Below, piece after piece: positions 27,609 through 37,280 of a DNA stretch of 64,000 bases (its first letter is position 1; every line of letters begins with the position of its first letter). The stretch is from an uncultured cyanobacterium (GTDB lineage: Bacteria > Cyanobacteriota > Cyanobacteriia > CAKZMO01). A program made the translations under genes and the position numbers. The notes under the pieces are model-generated. The model did not search any database and was not told the DNA's origin. It saw only the letters and a program-made list of their open reading frames with translations. The DNA lies in NCBI GenBank assembly GCA_963719515.1, contig CAVRCJ010000011.1:96001-160000 (forward strand), given 5' to 3'.

Positions 27609-29597
27609 ATGGACGTCCCTCGCCTCCATCCCGACACCATCGAGCAGGTCAAGCAGCGGGCCGACATCGTTGACGTTGTCTCCGAGCATGTCGTCCTCAA
27701 AAAGCAGGGCAAAGACTTTGTGGGCCTGTGCCCCTTTCACGACGACAAATCCCCCAGCTTTAGCGTCAGCCCCAGCAAGCAGTTCTACTACTGCTTTAGC
27801 TGCGGCGCGGGGGGCAACGCCATCAAGTTCCTCATGGAGCATGAGCAGCGCTCCTTTAGCGAGGTGGTGCTGGGGCTAGGACGGCGCTACGGCGTGACGG
27901 TGCAGACCCTAGAGCCGGCGCAGCGGCAGGCGTTCCAAAAGAAGCTCTCCCAAAGAGAAAAGCTCTACGAGATTTTGGCGATCGCCACCAGCTTTTATCA
28001 GCATGCCCTCCACCAGAGCGAGGGCAAAGCCGCCCTAGACTACCTCACGGGCCGCGACATCGAGGCTGCAACCCTTCAGAAATTTCAGCTGGGCTACGCC
28101 CCCGGCGGGTGGCAGACCCTTTACGGCTACTTGGTCGAGCAAAAGCGCTACCCTGTCGCTCTCGTCGAGCAGGCGGGCCTGATTGTGCCCCGTTCTGGCG
28201 GCAAGGGCTACTACGACCGGTTTCGCGATCGCCTGATGATCCCCATTGGCGACCCGCAGGGCCGGGTGATTGGCTTTGGCGGGCGCACCCTCACCGATGA
28301 GCAGCCCAAATACCTCAACTCCCCAGAAACCGAGCTGTTTGACAAAGGCCAAACTCTATTTGGCCTCGATAAGGCCCGCGCCGCCATCAGCAAAGCCGAC
28401 GCCGCCATCGTGGTGGAGGGCTACTTCGACGTCATTGCCCTACACACCGCAGGCATCACCCACGCCGTGGCCTCCCTGGGCACCGCCCTAAATCTGCAGC
28501 AGGTCAAGCAGCTCCTGCGCTATACCGAATCCAAGCAGGTGATTCTCAACTTTGACGACGACGGAGCCGGAACCAAAGCCACCGAGCGCGCCATTGAAGA
28601 AGTGACGGCCCTGGCCTATCGGGGAGACGCCCAGCTGCGGGTGCTAAATCTGCCCTCAGGGAAGGACCCAGACGAGTTTTTACGCAGCCACAGCCCAGAG
28701 GACTACCGGCAGCTAGCGGAACAGTCGCCGCTGTGGCTCGACTGGCAAATCAACCAGGCGTTTGCGGGCCGCGACCTCAACCAGGCCACCGACGTGCAGC
28801 AGGTGACCCAGCAGCTCGTGGCCTTCTTAGGGCAGGTGACCAACGCCACCACCCGCACCCACTACGGCCGCGTCTGCGCAGAGCGACTGAGCCAGGATGA
28901 CTCTAGGCTGGTGCCCCTGCTGGTGGAAAATCTGCTGGCCCAGGTGCGGCGTCAGCGGCGGCGATCGCCCACAGGGGACGAAATGCCCAAGCTCACGGTG
29001 CAGCCCACCAAAAGCCTGGACTGCGCCGAAGCGACGCTGCTGCGGATTTACATCCACGCTGGCTCCCACCGCAGCGCCATTGTGGAGTCCCTAGAGCAGC
29101 GGGATTTACAGTTTGGTCTCTCCCACCACCGGCTGCTGTGGCGCAAGATTTTGGAGCTAGAAGAGCAGTTCCCCGATCCTCAGCTCTCTGGCTTACAGCG
29201 TGACCCCCTAGCGGACGCCGCGACCCAGATGCCCTTGCTCACTCGCCTGCGGGACATCGCCGCCGAAACCGATGGTCTGCTGGATGCGGTGAGTCATCTG
29301 CTGCAGCTGGACGAAAAGACAAAGCGAGACGTGCTGCGAGCGCCGCTGGTGATCAGCCGCGCCGTAGACCGATTGGAGCGGGTGATGTGCGAAAAGCGCT
29401 GCCAGCATTTTCAGCGGCTGTGGGAGCAGACGGATTTGGGGGAAGAGCGCGAGCTAGCCCAGCACTACCAGGAACAGATCCAGTCAGAGAAGCGGCGCAT
29501 GCAGCAGCTCGATGAGCAGTACGCCGCCACCTTCGAAGATTTAGCAAAGGTGCCCTGGGTGGGGGAATACTATGCGGAGCTGGAGCGATTGTCTTAA
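27609..29597 (+). CDS. dnaG: DNA primase
   Basis: CPFH..C..C zinc finger, KYLNSPET, EGYFD TOPRIM, KDPD. Confidence 0.97.
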   Translation: MDVPRLHPDTIEQVKQRADIVDVVSEHVVLKKQGKDFVGLCPFHDDKSPSFSVSPSKQFYYCFSCGAGGNAIKFLMEHEQRSFSEVVLGLGRRYGVTVQTLEPAQRQAFQKKLSQREKLYEILAIATSFYQHALHQSEGKAALDYLTGRDIEAATLQKFQLGYAPGGWQTLYGYLVEQKRYPVALVEQAGLIVPRSGGKGYYDRFRDRLMIPIGDPQGRVIGFGGRTLTDEQPKYLNSPETELFDKGQTLFGLDKARAAISKADAAIVVEGYFDVIALHTAGITHAVASLGTALNLQQVKQLLRYTESKQVILNFDDDGAGTKATERAIEEVTALAYRGDAQLRVLNLPSGKDPDEFLRSHSPEDYRQLAEQSPLWLDWQINQAFAGRDLNQATDVQQVTQQLVAFLGQVTNATTRTHYGRVCAERLSQDDSRLVPLLVENLLAQVRRQRRRSPTGDEMPKLTVQPTKSLDCAEATLLRIYIHAGSHRSAIVESLEQRDLQFGLSHHRLLWRKILELEEQFPDPQLSGLQRDPLADAATQMPLLTRLRDIAAETDGLLDAVSHLLQLDEKTKRDVLRAPLVISRAVDRLERVMCEKRCQHFQRLWEQTDLGEERELAQHYQEQIQSEKRRMQQLDEQYAATFEDLAKVPWVGEYYAELERLS

Positions 29598-29658
29598 TGC
29601 TGGCGCCTAAGGTCAGAGCAGCGATCGCCCCCTACCGCCCCTTAATCACAAATAGCCT

Positions 29659-30111
29659 ATGGCCAGCCCTAAACGTCAACGCGCCCTTCAGCGGGGCCAA
29701 GAGGGAGAAGCTTTTGTGGCCCGCGTGCTGGAAAGCTGGGGCTGGCGCGTGCTTTGTCGCCGCTGGCACTGCCGCTGGGGAGAAATCGACTTAGTGGCTC
29801 AGGAGGGGGGCACAGCAGGCGAAGCTAGCGCCAGCCTGGTTTTTGTCGAAGTCAAAGTCCGCTCGTCTGGGGCATGGGACGACCAGGGTCTAGCGGTGAC
29901 TTGGCAAAAGCAGCAGCGGCTTCAGAGAACGGCCCAATATTTTCTGATGAGGCAAGAGGCAAAGGACAAAAGCCCATCCCCAAGCGCCGCCCTGCCCTGT
30001 CGGTTTGACGTGGCGCTGGTGCGCTGCCGACCCGCGCGGCCCAGCGATCCGGCATCCACAGCCGGATACTCGCTGCAGCAGTACATCAAAGGAGCCTTTG
30101 ACTCAGGCTAG
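29659..30111 (+). CDS. YraN family (UPF0102) nuclease-like protein
   Basis: G..GE, WGEIDLV, LVFVEVK.R, CRFDV. Confidence 0.9.
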   Translation: MASPKRQRALQRGQEGEAFVARVLESWGWRVLCRRWHCRWGEIDLVAQEGGTAGEASASLVFVEVKVRSSGAWDDQGLAVTWQKQQRLQRTAQYFLMRQEAKDKSPSPSAALPCRFDVALVRCRPARPSDPASTAGYSLQQYIKGAFDSG

Positions 30112-30150
30112 GAAATCGCTTTAACGGGGGTTTCAGCGATCGCTCTTTGC

Positions 30151-30984
30151 TTATCCCGCTGCCGCCTTAGCCGGAACTTTGGACGTCTTCACATGGGTTG
30201 CCCAGCCCAAAGCTCTAAACAAGCGGATGGTCTGCCAGGTGAGGTCGATTTCCCACCAGCGCGTCCCGGCCTGGGCTGAGGACTGGCAGGCGTGGTGATT
30301 GTTGTGCCAGCCTTCCCCAAACGTCAGCAGCGCCACCCACCAGCAGTTCGTTGAGTGATCAGGGACCTCGTGGCTGCGGTAGCCAAACATGTGGCAGACG
30401 CTATTGACGCAGCAGGTGCTGTGGAATCCAACAAACAGCCGGACGAAGATGCCCCAGACCACAAACGGGAGACCGCCCCATGCGTAAAGCAGAACGGCGA
30501 GCCCGAGCTGTAAGACGATGTATTGTTCGTGGCAAAACTGGTAGAAAGGGTCGTCACTGATGTCACGAATCTGTGACGTCATCTCTTTTCTGGAAGGCAC
30601 CTCGTGCATCAGCCAGGCAATATGGCTCCACCAGAAACCCTGGGTCGAGTCGTGGGGGTCTTGCTGCTGGTCGGTGTGGCGGTGGTGCAAGCGGTGGTAG
30701 CCAACCCAGCCAATGACGCCACCTTGCGCCGCCAAGGTGCCGCAGAGAATTAGGCTGTACTCCAGCCACTTAGGCACGCGCAGGCTGCGGTGGGTGGCAA
30801 GGCGGTGAAACCCCAGCGCGATACCGAGCCCAATGGTGATGCAGTGGAGGGCGATCGCAATGCCGACAGCGCCCCAGCTAAAGGTATTGGGTAAAAAGGC
30901 GAATAGGACACCTGCATGGAGGCCGACGGTGCTGAGAATAACGGACCAGCGTCGGCGAGGCGCGTGAAGCATACCAATGGTCAT
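30151..30984 (-). CDS. Delta-9-type (DesC-like) fatty acid desaturase
   Basis: His boxes HRLATH, HRLHH, GEGWHNNHH; WWEID. Confidence 0.92.
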   Translation of the reverse strand: MTIGMLHAPRRRWSVILSTVGLHAGVLFAFLPNTFSWGAVGIAIALHCITIGLGIALGFHRLATHRSLRVPKWLEYSLILCGTLAAQGGVIGWVGYHRLHHRHTDQQQDPHDSTQGFWWSHIAWLMHEVPSRKEMTSQIRDISDDPFYQFCHEQYIVLQLGLAVLLYAWGGLPFVVWGIFVRLFVGFHSTCCVNSVCHMFGYRSHEVPDHSTNCWWVALLTFGEGWHNNHHACQSSAQAGTRWWEIDLTWQTIRLFRALGWATHVKTSKVPAKAAAG

Positions 30985-31572
30985 GTAAACAGGATCCTAA
31001 GAATGGGCCAAAATTCAAGCTTTAGCCTAACTGACAGATTAATAGATTGGCTGTTTCAGCTTTCCGCAGCGAATCATCTACCTAAAGAATGAAGTTTTAA
31101 GCACGCGCATCTTAAGAAAAGTAAATTTAATAGCCTTCTTATTAAAGCAGTCTTTGCAGTGCTTGGCGTCTTTGATACAGAATTTCTATGCACTTCGACA
31201 AATTGCTTAGTACATTCTTGCTAGGCGCGATCGCAAGTGATTGAGCTGGATCGCGAGTGGACTGCTCTTGCCGCACCATCTGTGCAGCCTCTTGGGAAAA
31301 GACAGCGGATGGGACTGAGGTGAGGAACTCTTTGTATTCGAGGTCTATTCGCACAGTTACGAGCTAACTTACTCGCAAGGTGCGTACTGGTAAAACAGGT
31401 AAGAGCGACGGATACTTTGCACCGCTGCTTCAACCGTTAAACCGCATAGGCTACGTCAGGCGATCGCCCCGCTTCGCAAACTGCTGCAATCTCTCCCTGT
31501 AGGCGGTCAAAATTAGTGCAAGATGAGACTGTGCGATCGCACAAATTAGCCTTTGGGAGAGCAACTGAGGTG

Positions 31573-32190
31573 ATGAAACAACTACGGGCCTTGGGGCTTG
31601 CCGCCGTGCTGCTGAGCGTCCTGCTCGCTGTGGCTCGGCCCGCGATCGCGGCTGAGGCGTCTCGTGCAGCTGTGGCTGAGGCATCGCCGGGAGAGTCTGC
31701 TATAGATGAACCGGCCCCCACCAACGCCCCGCCCAGCGCAAAACCGCTGCCCGACAGCGCAGCAGTTTTGCGCCCGCCCGCGCTGCCAGAAACCGCCAGG
31801 TTGCCCAAACCCAAAACCTACTTTTTGCAGGTGATGGCGGGCAGTCCAAAGCGTCAAATCACCCTCGACCCGCCCGCGACGAAGCTCGTAGTCACAGTTG
31901 AGGCCGGAGAGGCAGCCCTACGCTGCGGCGTTGACTCTAAAGGGCCGGTCAAGGGCAATGGTCAAAAACCGGCCCCTAAGAACCGTCGCCTACAGGCCTA
32001 CAGCTGCGTCTTGGGAAAACCCCTCACCATTGAGCGAGACTCAGACAACGCCATTGGCCGCTTTTGGGTGCAAGATTTATCTGACGTCAGCGACGTTCGC
32101 CTCCGGCTAGAGAGCTATTCTGGGGGGCCAGCAGGGGCGATTAAAGATCTCCCTTTAGTCTCTCCTCGTGAACGACCGGCAGTCCGCTGA
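31573..32190 (+). CDS. Hypothetical secreted protein
   Basis: ATG 31573 after GAGGT; signal peptide MKQLRALGLAAVLLSVLLAVARPAIA; Pro/Ala linker; 3' end overlaps the convergent GH3 gene. Confidence 0.55.
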   Translation: MKQLRALGLAAVLLSVLLAVARPAIAAEASRAAVAEASPGESAIDEPAPTNAPPSAKPLPDSAAVLRPPALPETARLPKPKTYFLQVMAGSPKRQITLDPPATKLVVTVEAGEAALRCGVDSKGPVKGNGQKPAPKNRRLQAYSCVLGKPLTIERDSDNAIGRFWVQDLSDVSDVRLRLESYSGGPAGAIKDLPLVSPRERPAVR

Positions 32191-33823
32191 GCCATTCCCT
32201 ATCCTCACTGACGTGGGGAAACTTCAGCTGAGCTTCAGTGATGCCGGTTTGAACCATCTGCACTCGAAGCTGCTCGAAGCTCCCGGCGGCAAGAATGCGG
32301 AGGCGGGGGGAGGGAATTTGGTCGCGCCGCTTGATGCCGTAAAACTTCTGCACGCTTTTCATGGTCTCGTCAAACTGCTGCAAAAATTGCTGTGGATCAG
32401 ACAGCTGTGACCCTGCGGCCACCTCGACATTGACTAGATAGTGGGCCGGAATGGCGTCTTTTGACAGGGTAATGCAAAAATTTTCGAGGTCTACGTCAAG
32501 CCGCCGCTGCAGCTGCTGAATCACCTCAACCACGTGGGCCTCTGTCGTTTTCTCGGTCGATGAGGAGATCACCCTGCCCCGCCGATATCTGAACGTCATC
32601 AGGGGAGCTTGCTCAAAAAAGCCGTCAATTTCAACCACATCGCCCAAATCGTAGCGGTAGAAGCCGCTGTAATTGGTGAAGACGACTCGGTACTGCTGAC
32701 CGGACCGGACCTCGTGGGGGAGAACCGTCTTGGGGGATTCAGCCTCCCACTGCTCTACGGGGATAAACTCCACAAAAGCGCTTTCGATAGCCGGGATAAC
32801 GCTATCGGTGTCGAAGTCGTGAGAAATGCCAAGAGCACCTTCGGCGCAGGAATAGGTGCCGCCGAACACGGGCAGATCACCAAAATACTCGGAGAATTTC
32901 TCGAAGTAGAAGTCTGAGGTGCCGCCCCGGGCCGTAACCATAAACGACAGGTCAGGCCAGGCCCGCTGAGGCGTGAGTCGGCCATCCGCGCTCAGCACTT
33001 GCTGCAGCTCGGTAGCGCGCTGAGGGGCCGCCGACCATTTTTGCTCTAGACGACGCCTCAGCTCGGGTTCGAGCATTATCCAATCTGCAATCTTTCCCGT
33101 CTTGATGTCTTGAATCATGGAGTCTGCGTGGGTCTCAAGAAACTGACACAGCTGCAGCGCCAGCACCGGGAAGGTGGCCCCAATAGTGCGCAGCCGCCGG
33201 TTGCGCAGCGAAAACAGCAGGCAAACGTAATAGCGGGCTGTAGTTTCTGCGATCTGGAAGGCTTCGAAGGGGTAGGCGAAGATTTGCCGGGACAAAGCGT
33301 CCATCAGCCGCATATCGCTTGTGCTCACGGGGGCAAATTCGATTCCGCTCGGCGTTTGTCCGTGAGACTGAGTGGAGATGGGAAACAGCATCTGCCCGGG
33401 CGGTCGCTTTGCTCGGGCGGCGGCGCCAAAGACGAACCCGACTGCGGCCCGGTTAGCACGAGAGAGGTGGCGGCGCGATCGCTTAGTCACCGGGATCAAT
33501 TTCTTCTTCCCGGTGGACCCGCTGCTGATGTTGAAGTAAATCAGCGGATCGGGAACGAGAACGTTGGGTTCGCCTTCAGCCATGCGCTGGATGTAGGGCT
33601 CGAAGGTGCGGTACGGCTGCACCGGAATCCGCTCGCGGAACTGAGCCACGGTGCTGATGTCGGCTAGGCCATGGTCACGGCCAAACGCCGTGTCTTTGTG
33701 GGCCTCCAAAAGCGATCGCAAAAATTCTTCCTGTGCCGCTTCTAGATGCCCCAATTTTTTGACGAGCTTTCTCCTAGACCGCAGCGCGACGGCCGACAGC
33801 GCCGAGAACATCAAATTTTGCAA
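32141..33823 (-). CDS. GH3-family acyl-acid amido synthetase (start TTG 33823 or ATG 33811)
   Basis: SSGSTGKKKLIP, TYSCAEG, YRYDLGD adenylate-forming GH3 motifs; overlaps the cysteate synthase stop. Confidence 0.9.
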   Translation of the reverse strand: MQNLMFSALSAVALRSRRKLVKKLGHLEAAQEEFLRSLLEAHKDTAFGRDHGLADISTVAQFRERIPVQPYRTFEPYIQRMAEGEPNVLVPDPLIYFNISSGSTGKKKLIPVTKRSRRHLSRANRAAVGFVFGAAARAKRPPGQMLFPISTQSHGQTPSGIEFAPVSTSDMRLMDALSRQIFAYPFEAFQIAETTARYYVCLLFSLRNRRLRTIGATFPVLALQLCQFLETHADSMIQDIKTGKIADWIMLEPELRRRLEQKWSAAPQRATELQQVLSADGRLTPQRAWPDLSFMVTARGGTSDFYFEKFSEYFGDLPVFGGTYSCAEGALGISHDFDTDSVIPAIESAFVEFIPVEQWEAESPKTVLPHEVRSGQQYRVVFTNYSGFYRYDLGDVVEIDGFFEQAPLMTFRYRRGRVISSSTEKTTEAHVVEVIQQLQRRLDVDLENFCITLSKDAIPAHYLVNVEVAAGSQLSDPQQFLQQFDETMKSVQKFYGIKRRDQIPSPRLRILAAGSFEQLRVQMVQTGITEAQLKFPHVSEDREWLSGLPVVHEERLKGDL

Positions 33824-35133
33824 AGGTCTCTCCCCATCCGTTCTTTGACAACATCTGCTCGAATCTCGCTGGGCGAAAAGGTCAGTGAAGGCCGGAGGTG
33901 ATGCAAGCAATAGTCTTGCCTGAGCCTATCGATACCGCCACTGGTGATATTGAGCAAAACACTGTCGCCGCGCTCAATTTTTTGGGTCGCGACCGCCTGC
34001 TGAAGCGCGGCGACGGCAACCCCCGACGCCGGGCTAATGTCGATTCCCTCGAGCGCCCGGAAGAGGCGCTGAGCCAAGGCCGCTGCGTCATTTCTCACCC
34101 CATATAGGTGTCCCCTCGTGGCCTTCAGCGCGTCGTATACGCCGCCCTTGAGGGCGTAGGCCGGGCTGCGGTTGGTGAGCACTTTTGCCGCGACGCCTTC
34201 AATCTGCTTTTTTGCGGCGGCTTCACTGACGGGAGCAAGCTGGCGATCGCCCGCAGCCCAGGCGTTTACCATCGGCGCAAACGGTAGGTTCTGAGCGAGA
34301 TGCAGCGTCATCCGGCGCGTCCCAAAGCGGCCATCCTGCAGCAGGCGTAAATTGGCCTCCCAGGCGGAAATGCCCCCTGTGCCCGAGCCCACGGCTTGGA
34401 TATAGTGATCAGGGATATGCCCCAGGGTCACGGCGGCGTCAACGACGGTGAGCCCCATACCGTCGCGCCGCCCCACGTTGGCAGCCCCCCCTTCCGGGAA
34501 GTATCCGTCTAGCTGGCTGATCAGCTGCGCTAGGGCGATCGCATCGGAATAGTCGCCGCCCCCCGCCACAACAACCAGCCGTACGCAGGGGTGGAAGGGG
34601 GCTTGCGACCAGATGGCCTGTAGATTCTGCTCTGGAAGCACTAAGCACAGGGGGATCTCTAAGGCGGAGCAAAGCGTCGCAAACGCGCGGCCCGTATTGC
34701 CAGCGGAGGCCAGTACGAGGGTTCGCGGATGGTCTTTGGGGATACGGGCAAGGACAGCGGGGGCCTCTAGCTCTTTGAAGGAGCCTGTCGTGAGGGAAGC
34801 ATCGCGCTCGGGCCAGTAGCCGTTGAAGCTGATGTACAGATGCTCCAGCCCCAGATACTGCCCCAGCCGAGTACCCTTGTAGGTAATAGGCTTACCCGAA
34901 ACGTCAAGCCAGCGCTCTACGGGAAGCCAGTCGCTAAACTGAAAGACGCCGGGCAGATGAGGATTGACCGTAAGGGCAGTAGCGCGGTAGACGGCCCTTA
35001 AAAGCGCTGGCTCATGGGGAACAGTGCACTTGAGTTGAAATGGATTTGCGCTGTATTCAGCCCCGCACAGCGTACATTGAAGGGTATAGTGAGGCGGTTT
35101 AGCGTTCAAGGACTCTAATCGAACCCTGCCCAT
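33811..35133 (-). CDS. Cysteate synthase (PLP-dependent, threonine synthase-like)
   Basis: CxxC N-terminus, FNGYWPER, GSFKELEA (PLP Lys), ASAGNT, EGGAANVGRRDGMG, QAVGSGTG, DGRFG, EGIDI, LLNIT. Confidence 0.88.
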   Translation of the reverse strand: MGRVRLESLNAKPPHYTLQCTLCGAEYSANPFQLKCTVPHEPALLRAVYRATALTVNPHLPGVFQFSDWLPVERWLDVSGKPITYKGTRLGQYLGLEHLYISFNGYWPERDASLTTGSFKELEAPAVLARIPKDHPRTLVLASAGNTGRAFATLCSALEIPLCLVLPEQNLQAIWSQAPFHPCVRLVVVAGGGDYSDAIALAQLISQLDGYFPEGGAANVGRRDGMGLTVVDAAVTLGHIPDHYIQAVGSGTGGISAWEANLRLLQDGRFGTRRMTLHLAQNLPFAPMVNAWAAGDRQLAPVSEAAAKKQIEGVAAKVLTNRSPAYALKGGVYDALKATRGHLYGVRNDAAALAQRLFRALEGIDISPASGVAVAALQQAVATQKIERGDSVLLNITSGGIDRLRQDYCLHHLRPSLTFSPSEIRADVVKERMGRDLCKI

Positions 35134-35241
35134 TGTATTGACCTCATAATGTTGCTTTCCACGGCGGTTTGCAGCGAATGGCGGCGGAACGCCAGAAGCG
35201 CCTGCGATTTAGAGGGCTATCATACTAGACATAGGGCTAAT

Positions 35242-36712
35242 TTAGCTAATTCGTGAAAGCCCCGCGCTGTATGCGCAGCATCAGCGTCGGGATGCAAGCG
35301 AGCGAGTCGCAGACGAGCAATTCTAGGGAGTAACACAACCCCTCCTAAATCTTGCTATAATTGGTACATGCTTACCTTGAACTACTCCTACCGAATCTAT
35401 CCAAGCCTTGAGCAGGAAGCCCGCATGGTGACGTGGCTTGAGACCTGTCGCGGCGTCTACAATTACGCCCTGAGGGAGCGCAAGGACTGGATAAAGTCGA
35501 GAAGCTGTCAGCTCAACGCTTGCTCGCTGCAATCGGAGTACATCATTCCAGCAGACGCGTCTTACCCCAGCTACTACGCTCAAAAGCGATCGCTGACCGC
35601 TGCCAAAAAGCAGTTGCCGCATCTCAAGGACGTGCAATCCCAGGTGCTTCAGGACGTGATAGGACGGGTGGAATCGGCGTTTGCTGCCAGGAAGGAGCGA
35701 GGTCACGGTTTCCCACGCTTTAAGAAGTTTGGGCAGTATCGCTCGTTTCTCTTTCCGCAGTTCAAGGAAAACCCGGTGACGGGTAGCCAAATCAAGCTGC
35801 CAAAGCTGGGAGAGATGCGCATTGTGCTGCATCGTCCCATCCCTGATGGGTTTGCTGTGAAGACGGTGCGCATCATCAAGAAGCATTCGGGGTGGTACGC
35901 TACCCTTTGCATTCAAGCCGATGTCAACGTGCCTGATGCTGTTCCTAGTGGGGCAAGTGTTGGGATTGATGTTGGGCTTGAGTATTTCCTGTCCACTTCC
36001 AACGGTTTGCAGGTCAAGCGACCTCGCTTTTCGGGTAAGCTGCACCGCAAGCTTGAATTGACGAGCGACCCCGCGCCGTCGCACGGCGCTAGGGAACGCG
36101 CGAGTTGCTGCAACGCAGGCTGAAGAACAAGCAAAAGGGGTCGAATAACCGCGCCAAGCTGATACGGAGGATTGGACGGGTGCATGAGCAGATAGCAGCC
36201 TGTCGCCTTGACTGGCAATTCAAGCTGGCCCATAAGCTCTGTGACTATGCCCAGATGATATTTGTGGAAGACATCGACTTCCGCATCATGGCAAAAGGGA
36301 TGCTGGGTAAGCACACCCTGGATGCTGGTCTGGGGCAGTTCGTCAACCAGGTGCTGCCATGGGTGTGCTTCAAGCGTGGTGTCTACTACGGCAAGGTTGA
36401 CCCCTACCGCACCTCTCAGGAATGCCCTGATTGTGGTGCTGCGGTCAAAAAGTCGCTGAGTGATAGGGTTCATCAGTGTCATAGCTGTGGGTCGGTCAAG
36501 CCGAGAGATATAGCTGCTGCCCAAGTCATCAACGCCCGTGGTCTTTCGGGTGTTCAAATTGTCTGTGGAGCCGAGGTAGCGGGGATGTGGGAAACCATAT
36601 CTAGCCAACTGGCTGTGTTCGCGCAGCGTGCGTGTAACGCGAAGCAGGAAACTCATCGGGCGACCGATGAAGCCCGCGCTCTATCCGTAGGATGAGCGTC
36701 GGGAGTATTCAC
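35242..36712 (+). mobile_element. IS200/IS605-family tnpB-only (IS1341-like) element
   Basis: TTAG at 35242-35245, left hairpin AAGCCCCGCGCT..AGCGTCGGGA, tnpB, right hairpin GAAGCCCGCGCT..AGCGTCGGGAG ending TCAC. Confidence 0.9.
35368..36695 (+). pseudogene. tnpB: RNA-guided endonuclease TnpB, frameshifted by a 47-nt insertion (36061-36107)
   Basis: YSYRIYP, GFPRFK, GIDVG, IFVED, CPDC/CHSC, RDIAAA; removing the insert restores KLELLQRRLK; TGnTATAAT 6 nt before the ATG (leaderless). Confidence 0.92.
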
Positions 36713-36722
36713 GAGCACGCCC

Positions 36723-37253
36723 ATGACGTTGGATCAAGCTGTTCAGCTCGGTAACCCTATCCTGCGGCAGGTCGCTCGGCCCGTTGAGGCGATCGCGGTC
36801 CCCGAAACGCAGGGCCTCATTGAGCAGATGGTAGACCTGCTGCAGCGCTCAAACGGCGTCGGTATCGCCGCGCCTCAGGTCGGCGTATCCCGCCGGCTGT
36901 TAATTGTCGCCTCTCATCCCAACCCGCGCTACCCCCATGCTCCCCACATGGAGCCCACGCCCATGATCAACCCACAGATCATAGGATACCGGGGCGAACG
37001 GAAAAAAGACTGGGAAGGCTGCCTTAGCCTGCCAGACGTACGGGGTCTTGTGCCCCGCTACTCCGCTGTTGAGGTGAGCTACTGCGATCGCTACGGCCAG
37101 CGGCAGCGGCAAATCTTGACGGGCTTTGTGGCCCGCATTTTTCAGCACGAGTTTGACCATCTAGAGGGCAAGGTATTTACCGACCGTTTGGAGAGCCCCA
37201 GCGACCGGTTTACCGAAGCTGAGTATTTGACCAAAATTGCGGCCCGCGCCTAG
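36723..37253 (+). CDS. def: Peptide deformylase
   Basis: GVGIAAPQVG, EGCLS, QHEFDH. Confidence 0.96.
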   Translation: MTLDQAVQLGNPILRQVARPVEAIAVPETQGLIEQMVDLLQRSNGVGIAAPQVGVSRRLLIVASHPNPRYPHAPHMEPTPMINPQIIGYRGERKKDWEGCLSLPDVRGLVPRYSAVEVSYCDRYGQRQRQILTGFVARIFQHEFDHLEGKVFTDRLESPSDRFTEAEYLTKIAARA

Positions 37254-37280
37254 CACACCGAAGCGTACGCCGCGAAACGC

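Noticed and set aside
31142..31433. Two 70-aa ORFs upstream of the desaturase
   Set aside because: They overlap in different frames, use weak starts and show no recognisable motifs.
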